Position numbers and translations under genes: made by a program. The notes beneath the pieces are model-generated. The model had not been told where the DNA came from. It made no database searches and saw only the letters and a list, made by a program, of their open reading frames with translations. DNA of 55,136 nucleotides from Solirubrobacteraceae bacterium (GTDB taxonomy: Bacteria > Actinomycetota > Thermoleophilia > Solirubrobacterales > Solirubrobacteraceae), in contig DATLOP010000228.1 in the NCBI GenBank assembly GCA_035536255.1, forward strand, positions 1 to 55,136. Reading direction: 5' to 3'. Every line of letters starts with the position of its first letter. The first letter of the stretch is position 1. Of this stretch, positions 10,022 through 17,212 are shown piece by piece.

Positions 10022-11541
10022 ACCGGGCGCAGCGCGGATCCCTGGCTTCGCATGCCACGCTCTCGCTGTCGGCCGGCGTCCTCTCTGCCGTCGTCACACT
10101 CGCAACGTTGCCCTACATCGTCGACGGGCTAGGGCTCGCGGTGTACGGGCTTTTTGCGCTCTTGTCGCTCGCGTCCGCCTACGTCGGCGTGCTCGACCTC
10201 GGCTTCAGCTGGACTACGAGCCGCTTCGTCGCGGACGCGCTGGGGCGTGAAGACCATCAGATGCTGGATGACGTCTTGGGCGCGAGCCTGGTCCTTTACG
10301 TCGTGGTCGGGTCGTTTGGTGGTGGCGTTTTGGCGCTCGCCGCACCTGTGCTGGTGGAGGACGTCTTCAATGTTCCGCCTGACCTTCGTCGCCCGGGCGC
10401 TCTGGCGGGACAGATCTTCGGGCTCGCTTTTCCGGCTGCCATGGCACAGACGTATGCCTCAGCCGTCCTCCGGGGGGCTCAGCGGTTCGACCTCACGGCC
10501 GTCTTGCAGGCCGGGACCGCCATGGGCACGTCGGCCGGCCTGGTCGCGGCGGTCGCCGCGGGAGCCGGCATCGTCGGCGTGACCGCTACCGTCGCCGGGG
10601 TCCAATGCGTCGCGGCGGCGCTCGGGCTCGCCGCGGCGAGATGGGTGCTTCCTGGCGCCCTACGATTCCGACGGCCCAAGCGGCGGACCCTCACTCTGCT
10701 GGGCGGCTTTTCTGCCAAGGTGGCCGTAACGAATCTCGGAATGCAATTGCTCTACCTCCCTAACCGACTTGCGGTGGGCATCCTGCTTCCCCTCGCGGCG
10801 GTCGGCAACTTCACGGTGCCCTTCGCCTTAGCGCAGCGGCTGCAAATGGTTCCAGCCGCGCTTGCCTCCGCCGGGCTTCCGACGCTCACAGGGGCGACGG
10901 CCCGCGGCGAGGCAACGGCGTTCAAGACGACGTTCTGGCGTCTCCTCGCGGCCAACGGGGCTCTACTCCTGCCGGCGACGGCGCTTGTCGTCGTATGGGC
11001 TCCCACGTTTCTTGAGATCTGGTTTTCGAGCGCCCTCTCGGAAAACGCATCGATGGTTCTGCGCATCTCAGTCGTAGCGGTACTCCTGAACGCTGGCACT
11101 TCGGTGCTAGCAGTCGCATGCGACAGCGCGGGCAAGCCGGAGGTGCCCGCGCTGGCGACTGCGATTGCCGGCATCGCCAACGTCGGGCTGGCATTTGCGC
11201 TCACCGCGGCCTGGGGAATCGTCGGATCTGCCGTTGCGCTCCTAGCGAGCCTAGGTTTGCTGGTCGGAGCGATCATCGTGCTTTGGCGCCGACACTCGCT
11301 CCCGCGCCTCGACCGTCCGCCGTTCCATCCCGGACCGCGCCTCGTCGCCGGCGGGGTGCTCGCCATCTTGATCTGGGGTGCTTCCGCATGGTTCACCGAG
11401 CCGATCGTCGATGACCGCCCGTCGCTTGTCGTATGGATCTGCGTGTTCGTGGGAACGGCGTACATTGGCGTTGGAGCCGCGGTCGGCCGTGACCGACTCG
11501 CCCGCCTGCTGCCAAACCGAGAAGCCGGGGCCCGGGAGTGA
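10018..11541 (+). CDS. wzx: Wzx-type flippase (MOP/polysaccharide biosynthesis protein family)
   Basis: ATG at 10018 (ATGA overlap with the upstream stop). About 507 aa with 12-14 hydrophobic segments and Gly/Ala-rich helices typical of PST-family flippases. Confidence 0.7.
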   Translation: MNRAQRGSLASHATLSLSAGVLSAVVTLATLPYIVDGLGLAVYGLFALLSLASAYVGVLDLGFSWTTSRFVADALGREDHQMLDDVLGASLVLYVVVGSFGGGVLALAAPVLVEDVFNVPPDLRRPGALAGQIFGLAFPAAMAQTYASAVLRGAQRFDLTAVLQAGTAMGTSAGLVAAVAAGAGIVGVTATVAGVQCVAAALGLAAARWVLPGALRFRRPKRRTLTLLGGFSAKVAVTNLGMQLLYLPNRLAVGILLPLAAVGNFTVPFALAQRLQMVPAALASAGLPTLTGATARGEATAFKTTFWRLLAANGALLLPATALVVVWAPTFLEIWFSSALSENASMVLRISVVAVLLNAGTSVLAVACDSAGKPEVPALATAIAGIANVGLAFALTAAWGIVGSAVALLASLGLLVGAIIVLWRRHSLPRLDRPPFHPGPRLVAGGVLAILIWGASAWFTEPIVDDRPSLVVWICVFVGTAYIGVGAAVGRDRLARLLPNREAGARE

Positions 11542-12533
11542 GGGTGTGCTTGGCGGCGCATCCGACGGCGTTCCAGCAACCCGGCGGCGGTGAACGAGTC
11601 GCTCTGTCGCTCTACGAAGCGCTAAAGAGCCATGTCGACCAGGTTGAGATGTTCGATCCGTGGTCGACGAAGCTGCGCGACTTCGACGTCCTGCACTACT
11701 TCTCCTCGATCGGGGGCGAGCACTTCCCCGAGTGGCGCAAGCATGTTGCCCGCCTCGCGGTTACTCCCTTCATTTGGCCGGAACTGCCGAAATGGGTCGC
11801 CCTCACTCGACGGGCGCGCCGTGCTGCGCGGCGCGGGATGCGCCGCCCTGTCGCAGGGCCGTACGCCGCGGTCGACGTCCTCTTCCCGACCTCCATGCGC
11901 GAGGCGGATCTCCTCGTCCGCAACTACGCGGTTCCTCGAAACCGGGTGACCGTCATTCCGCACGGAGCGGACCTACGGTTCGCTGAGCCCGCCACTGGGA
12001 CGTTTGCCAAAACCGTGGGGGTGCCACGGTTCACGCTCTGTCCGGCGCGCATCGATCAGAACAAGAACCAACTGCGTCTTGTCCGCGCGCTCGCTGACAT
12101 GGACCTCGACCTCGTGATTCTCGGAGACGTTGCGCCAGGCTGTGAGAGCTACGCGAAGGCGTGCCGCGCTGCCGCGGGTCCTCGAACGCGGTTCTTGCCT
12201 TCGCTGCCGCATGGGTCCGAGGAGCTCCGAGACGGTTTTGTAACCGCTGATTGCGTAGTGATGCCAAGCGAGTACGAGTTGTGCTCGATGGCCATGCTCG
12301 AAGCTGGCGTTGCCGGTACCCCGCTGGCTTCTACGACGGGTGGCGGAATGGTCCAGCACCTGTCCCCATACGCCGAGTTCTTCAATCCGCGCTCTGAGAC
12401 TGAGATCGGGAGAGCTGTGCTCGCGGCCATAGCCACGGGGCGACGCCCGGGACAGTCGGAGCACTTCGCGACGAAGTTCTCCTGGGACGAGGTCGCCCGT
12501 CGCACGGTGGAGGCCTACCTCCGAGTCACGTGA
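11538..12533 (+). CDS. Glycosyltransferase family 4/GT1
   Basis: GTGA-coupled start; ...RIDQNKNQLRLVRAL...LVILGD...VVMPSEYELCSMAMLEAGVAGTPLAST. Confidence 0.75.
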   Translation: MRVCLAAHPTAFQQPGGGERVALSLYEALKSHVDQVEMFDPWSTKLRDFDVLHYFSSIGGEHFPEWRKHVARLAVTPFIWPELPKWVALTRRARRAARRGMRRPVAGPYAAVDVLFPTSMREADLLVRNYAVPRNRVTVIPHGADLRFAEPATGTFAKTVGVPRFTLCPARIDQNKNQLRLVRALADMDLDLVILGDVAPGCESYAKACRAAAGPRTRFLPSLPHGSEELRDGFVTADCVVMPSEYELCSMAMLEAGVAGTPLASTTGGGMVQHLSPYAEFFNPRSETEIGRAVLAAIATGRRPGQSEHFATKFSWDEVARRTVEAYLRVT

Positions 12534-15502
12534 TCGTTTTCACCCTGCGGCTTGCGGCTGAGCTTCTGCAGCGTTTGGTCCTGAGGATTCAGCTGCGAGG
12601 CGAGGGTGTAGCAGCGGCGGGCCAGCGCCAGGTCGCCCCGCCGCGCGGCCAGGTCCCCGAGCAGCGCCCACGGCACGAAGTTGTGCGGCTCCAGCTCGGT
12701 CGCGCGCACGAGCTCCGAACGCGCCCGCGCGTAATCCCCGAGCCGGGCATAAGCCGCCGCCCGCAGATAGCGCGTCTCCATCGACTGGCCGTTCATCGAC
12801 AACGAGTCGTGGGCCTTGGCGAGGGCACGAACCGGGTCGCTCGCCAGTGCGTGCTCGCCCTGGCTGCGGTAGTGCTGCGCGAGGACCGGCCGCACGATCG
12901 CGAGGACCGCGAGCCCTATCGCCACGCCGATGGCGGCTCGGGCGGCCAGGCGGCCCGGGCTGGCGCGGACCGATTCGCGCCCCGCGGCGCGGTGCTCGGA
13001 GACGCTCTCGGGCCGCGCAACCAGATAGGCGACGGCCACCAGCCCCAGGCCCACCGCGCCGGGCACCAGGTGCGACCAGTCGACGCTTGAGTGCGCGAAC
13101 CACGCCGAGAAGACTCCGCCCGCCGCGACCAGCATCGCGCGGTCGCCGGGACCGAGGGGCCGCGCCGCCAGCCGCCGCCGCCAGCCGGCCGCTATGGCGA
13201 GCACGAACAGCGCCAGGCCGGCCGCCCCGAGTAGCCCGAGCTCGGCGAGCGTCTGGAGCCCGATGCTGTGCGGCTGGCGGATGTCCTCGGTTGTGCGGCG
13301 CTGGAGGAAGTAGTCGCGGCTGTAGTTGCCTGCGCCGACGCCGCGGGCGGGCTGGTCGGTGAACTCGCGGACGGCGATGCGCCAGTAGTCGTAGCGGTTG
13401 CCGCCGCCCGACAGGAGGCGGTTGCGACCGCCGTCCGGGTCGAGGTTCCTGAACGCGCTGACCTCGGCCTTCGCGCGCTCGGTGATGGCGGGCGCCTTGG
13501 CGGCTGCCACGAGCACGACGCCGCCGATTAGGAGGCCCAGCGCCACGGCGCTGGCCCGCCGGGCCGAGGACGGAGGGACCTGGGACACCAGCTGGAAGCA
13601 GATTCCCCACGCCAGCCCGGCGATCGCCGCCGCCAGCAGCGCGGCGCGCGCGGCGTCCCGGATCGCCGACTCGTACGCGGCGGACGATGCGCCGGCGCTC
13701 TCGTAGACGTCGAAGAGCGGCCCGTTGAGCGCGACTACCGGGCCCAGCACGCACACCATCAGCCACGCCCGCCGCTGGCGGCCCGGGACGAAGGCCAGGA
13801 CGGCGACCACCGAAGCGATGAGGGCGAACGCGACGCCGCGCGCCTGCGACAGCGCGGCCAGCGCGGCCAGCGCGGCCGCTCCCGCTGCGCCGACGCCCGC
13901 CAGCACCGAGTTTCGCGCGTACTGGGCGAGGGCGACGAACGGCCAAATGCCGACGACCAGGAAGAGCCCCTGGCTGTTGACGTATCCCAACGGCTCAAAC
14001 AGCCGACCGCTCTGGAAGAGCGAGGGGGCGTCGCCCCACAGCGCCACCGCCAGGATGTAGCCCGCGACCACCAGCAGCCCCGCCGCTCCGCCGGCCAGCG
14101 CCGCGCGGATCGCGCCGTCGGTGTGCATCAAAAGTAGTGCGGTACCGAGGAACGCCGCGTACAGGACCCAGCGGTCGGCATCGACCAACGCCCGGTCCGC
14201 CGACTCGGCCCATGTGGTGGAGAGGAAGGCAAGGACGGCGAGCGCGACCAGACCGGCAAGCGCCGCGAGTCCGAGCCGCCCTGGCCAGGGCTCGCCCGCC
14301 ACGAAGAGGCCGAACATCAGCGCCAGGATCCCGAGCGCGATGGGGCCCCAGACGGAGAAGCTGTAGAAACCCTCGACCAGCGGGCTCGCGCCGCATGCGA
14401 AGCCCAGAACGGCGGCGAGGACGGGACGCACCGGCAGGCTCGGGCGCACGGCGCGCGCGACGGGGGCGGCGTCGGACTCGGCGCTGCTCTGGCCGCCGTC
14501 CGCCACCGCCACCGCGCCGTCGTCCAGGATCAGGATCGTCGCGCCGGCCAAGGCGAGGCAGAGCACCGCGATCCAGACGAGCGGGGCCCCGCCCAGCTCG
14601 CTGCCCACGATCGCCAGGACCGCAAGGCTGGCCTGCGCGGCGCCGAGGGCGAGCGCGACGAGCGGGGCGGAGCCGAGCTGCCGCAGGAGACGGTGGGTCA
14701 TGTGATCCCGCCCGCCGGTCATGATCGACACGCCCCGGCGCCGGCGCGAGATCGTCACCAGCGTGGTGTCGGTCAACGGCAGGCCGACCAGCAGCACGGC
14801 TCCGAGCCCGACCCACTCCGCTCCGTCGTTGAGGGCCGGGACCGCCATCGCCAGGGCTCCGACCAGGAAGCCGACGGGCATGCTGCCGCCGTCGCCGAGG
14901 AAGATCCGCGCCGGCGAGCGAGCGTTGAACGGGAGAAAGCCGAGGCACGCCCCGGCGAGCGCCAAAGCCAGCGCCGCCACCTCGTACTCCCCGGTGGTGG
15001 CCGCCAGGCCGGCGATGCCCAGCGAAGACGCCGTCGCGCAGGACGCCGCCGTCCCGTCCATGTTGTCCATCAGGTTGAACGCGTTGACCACCGCGACCAC
15101 CCACAGGACGGTGACGGCGAGGTTCACCAGGTCGCTGGAGACCACGGACCACCCGAGCCCGAGCGACCACAGGGCGGCGGCGAGCGTGGCCTCGAGCAGC
15201 ACGCGCAGCGAGGGGCGCACCGTGCGGCGGTCGTCGACGGTCCCCAGCGCGCACAGCGCCAGGGCCCCCGCGACCAGCGGCCACAGCTCGCCCAGCCGGC
15301 CGGCCACGCCGGCGGCCAGCGCGAACGCCGCCACCACCGCCAGCCCGCCGAGGTACGGCGTGGGCGCGGCGTGGCTCTTGTAGCCGACGGGCTGGTCCAG
15401 GAAGGCGGTCCGCAGCGCCAGGCGCCGGGCGAGCGGCGTCAGCGCCAGCGCCCCGACGGCCGCGATCCCGAAGGCCGCCGCTAGCCGCAGCTCAACCGGC
15501 AC
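12515..15502 (-). CDS. Fusion protein: WecA/MraY-type polyprenyl-phosphate sugar-1-phosphate transferase + O-antigen ligase/Wzy_C-like polytopic module + C-terminal TPR repeats
   Basis: Single uninterrupted 995-aa ORF. Residues 1-325 carry GTVDDRR, VVNAFNLMDNMDG and FLGDGGSMPVG. Residues about 355-830 carry NRYDYWRIAVREFTDQPARGVGAGNYSRDYF...QPHSIGLQTLAELGLLGAAGLALFVL. Residues about 880-975 carry YLRAAAYARLGDYARARSELVRATELEPHNFVPWALLGDLAARRGDLALARRCY. Confidence 0.85.
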   Translation of the reverse strand: MPVELRLAAAFGIAAVGALALTPLARRLALRTAFLDQPVGYKSHAAPTPYLGGLAVVAAFALAAGVAGRLGELWPLVAGALALCALGTVDDRRTVRPSLRVLLEATLAAALWSLGLGWSVVSSDLVNLAVTVLWVVAVVNAFNLMDNMDGTAASCATASSLGIAGLAATTGEYEVAALALALAGACLGFLPFNARSPARIFLGDGGSMPVGFLVGALAMAVPALNDGAEWVGLGAVLLVGLPLTDTTLVTISRRRRGVSIMTGGRDHMTHRLLRQLGSAPLVALALGAAQASLAVLAIVGSELGGAPLVWIAVLCLALAGATILILDDGAVAVADGGQSSAESDAAPVARAVRPSLPVRPVLAAVLGFACGASPLVEGFYSFSVWGPIALGILALMFGLFVAGEPWPGRLGLAALAGLVALAVLAFLSTTWAESADRALVDADRWVLYAAFLGTALLLMHTDGAIRAALAGGAAGLLVVAGYILAVALWGDAPSLFQSGRLFEPLGYVNSQGLFLVVGIWPFVALAQYARNSVLAGVGAAGAAALAALAALSQARGVAFALIASVVAVLAFVPGRQRRAWLMVCVLGPVVALNGPLFDVYESAGASSAAYESAIRDAARAALLAAAIAGLAWGICFQLVSQVPPSSARRASAVALGLLIGGVVLVAAAKAPAITERAKAEVSAFRNLDPDGGRNRLLSGGGNRYDYWRIAVREFTDQPARGVGAGNYSRDYFLQRRTTEDIRQPHSIGLQTLAELGLLGAAGLALFVLAIAAGWRRRLAARPLGPGDRAMLVAAGGVFSAWFAHSSVDWSHLVPGAVGLGLVAVAYLVARPESVSEHRAAGRESVRASPGRLAARAAIGVAIGLAVLAIVRPVLAQHYRSQGEHALASDPVRALAKAHDSLSMNGQSMETRYLRAAAYARLGDYARARSELVRATELEPHNFVPWALLGDLAARRGDLALARRCYTLASQLNPQDQTLQKLSRKPQGENDHVTRR

Positions 15503-15641
15503 GAACCTTCAGTCCGCCGACCGGGTCGCGCACGATCGGGGTAGAGTTCGAACCATCAGGATTCAGGTTAGTCATGGGCTGGGGATCTCGTCGCGCCGCC
15601 GGGAGCTGATCGCCCTCGGAGCCGTCGCGGTCACGCTCTGC

Positions 15642-16067
15642 GTGCCTGCCGGGGCCGCCGGCCAGGTGACCTTCGACCCGGACACGCCCGCGGGACGCGA
15701 GTACGCCATCCCCCTAGACGACGCGCGGCGTCAGTACGGGGCCGGGGCTGCCGACACGGGCCGATCCGCGCAGTCTGGCCGATCCGCCGGGGGCGGGTCG
15801 GCACAGGGGCAGCCCCCCGCCGCGCCGCTCTTCGGCGAGGGCATCGAGCCGCCCGCGCGTCGCACCCCGCGCAGCGTTCCGGGATCCGGATCGGCCTCGC
15901 GCTCGCCCGCCGCCGTCGCCGCGGCGGCGGACAACCGCCGCGCGGCGGTCGAGGCCGTCGGCGACCCGGGGTCGGGAACCGCCCTCGCGCTGGGCGCCGC
16001 GGTAGCGGTCCTGCTGCTCGGCTCCGGACTCGGCGTGGTCCTGCGCCTTCGCAATCGCGACGTTTGA
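15642..16067 (+). CDS. Small Ala/Gly/Ser/Pro-rich exported protein with a C-terminal membrane anchor
   Basis: The canonical GTG ORF gives 141 aa and ends ...GTALALGAAVAVLLLGSGLGVVLRLRNRDV. The frame is open upstream and encodes a signal-peptide-like SSRRRELIALGAVAVTLCVPAGAAG with no ATG, GTG or TTG. The true start may be CTG 15579. Confidence 0.5.
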   Translation: MPAGAAGQVTFDPDTPAGREYAIPLDDARRQYGAGAADTGRSAQSGRSAGGGSAQGQPPAAPLFGEGIEPPARRTPRSVPGSGSASRSPAAVAAAADNRRAAVEAVGDPGSGTALALGAAVAVLLLGSGLGVVLRLRNRDV

Positions 16068-16120
16068 TCGGTCCGCCTCGCAGCGGCTAGGGTGTCGGCG
16101 ATGAGCAGAAAGGCAGCGGG

Positions 16121-17131
16121 TTGCGCTATCTGATCACGGGCGGGGCGGGGTTCATCGGGTCGCACCTGGCCGACGAGCTGCTGGCCCGCGGAGACCGCGT
16201 CCAGGTGATGGACGACCTGTCCACGGGGTCGATGGACAACATCCGCCACCTCAAGGACAACCCGCGCTTCGACTACGCGATCGAGTCCGCGGCCGATCCG
16301 CGGCTGGTCGCCGAGCTGGTGGACGAGGCCGACGTCGTCTTCCACCTCGCGGCTGCCGTCGGGGTCGACCTGATCGTCGAGAGTCCCGTGCGCGCCATCG
16401 AGACGAACGTCCACTGCACCGAGGTCGTCCTGACCCACGCCAACAAGAAGAAGAAGCCCGTGTTCGTCGCCTCCACGAGCGAGGTCTACGGCAAGAGCCA
16501 CAAACTCCCGTTCCGCGAGGACGGCGACCTGGTGCTCGGGCCGACCTACAACGGACGCTGGTCCTACGCGTGCTCCAAGGCGATCGACGAGTACCTCGCG
16601 CTGGCCTACTGGAGCGAGCGCAAGCTGCCGGTGGTCATCGCCCGGCTGTTCAACACCGTCGGGCCGCGACAGACCGGCCGCTACGGGATGGTGATCCCGA
16701 GCTTCGTGCGCCAGGCACTGGCCGGTCAGACGCTCACCGTCTACGGCGACGGCACCCAGCAACGCTGCTTCTGCCACGTGCGCGACGTGGTTCGGGCCAT
16801 GGTGGACCTGATGGCGTCGGACGACGCCTACGGACAGATCTTCAACGTCGGCAGCCAGGAGGAGATCTCGATCGGCGAGCTGGCGCGCCGGGTCGTCGAG
16901 GCCGCGGGGTCGGAGTCCGAGATCGGCCTGGTGTCCTACGAGGACGCGTACGCGCCGGGCTTCGAGGACATGGTCAGGCGCATCCCCGACATATCGAAGA
17001 TCGAGAGCTACATCGGCTGGCGGCCGACCACGCCGCTGGGCGCGATCCTCGAAGAGGTCATCGCCTACCACCAGGCACCGCCGTCGGGGGCGACGACCGG
17101 GTTCGAGTCCGACCCGGCGCCGGTCGCCTAG
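16121..17131 (+). CDS. NAD-dependent epimerase/dehydratase (UDP-glucuronate decarboxylase / ArnA-C-like SDR)
   Basis: TTG start; MRYLITGGAGFIGSHLADELL...ASTSEVYG...YACSKAIDE (YxxxK)...RLFNTVGPRQ. Confidence 0.85.
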   Translation: MRYLITGGAGFIGSHLADELLARGDRVQVMDDLSTGSMDNIRHLKDNPRFDYAIESAADPRLVAELVDEADVVFHLAAAVGVDLIVESPVRAIETNVHCTEVVLTHANKKKKPVFVASTSEVYGKSHKLPFREDGDLVLGPTYNGRWSYACSKAIDEYLALAYWSERKLPVVIARLFNTVGPRQTGRYGMVIPSFVRQALAGQTLTVYGDGTQQRCFCHVRDVVRAMVDLMASDDAYGQIFNVGSQEEISIGELARRVVEAAGSESEIGLVSYEDAYAPGFEDMVRRIPDISKIESYIGWRPTTPLGAILEEVIAYHQAPPSGATTGFESDPAPVA

Positions 17132-17212
17132 CCCCTCTCGCATATCCGTCCATATCGCCGGAATGACCGGAATTACGGTCAAGTCGCGGACGGAGGTGTC
17201 GATGGTCAAAGC

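Noticed and set aside
12540-15484. Several 170-470-aa ORFs inside or antisense to the 995-aa fusion gene (for example 12540..13946, 13995..15284, 14693..15484)
   Set aside because: Arg/Gly/Pro-rich shadows. The fusion-gene frame carries multiple independent conserved motifs.
15574-15609. ATG-initiated 11-codon ORF (MGWGSRRAAGS*) upstream of the small exported protein gene
   Set aside because: It is too short and has no supporting features. It is more likely an out-of-frame ATG next to a non-canonical start or an indel, as described in the findings.
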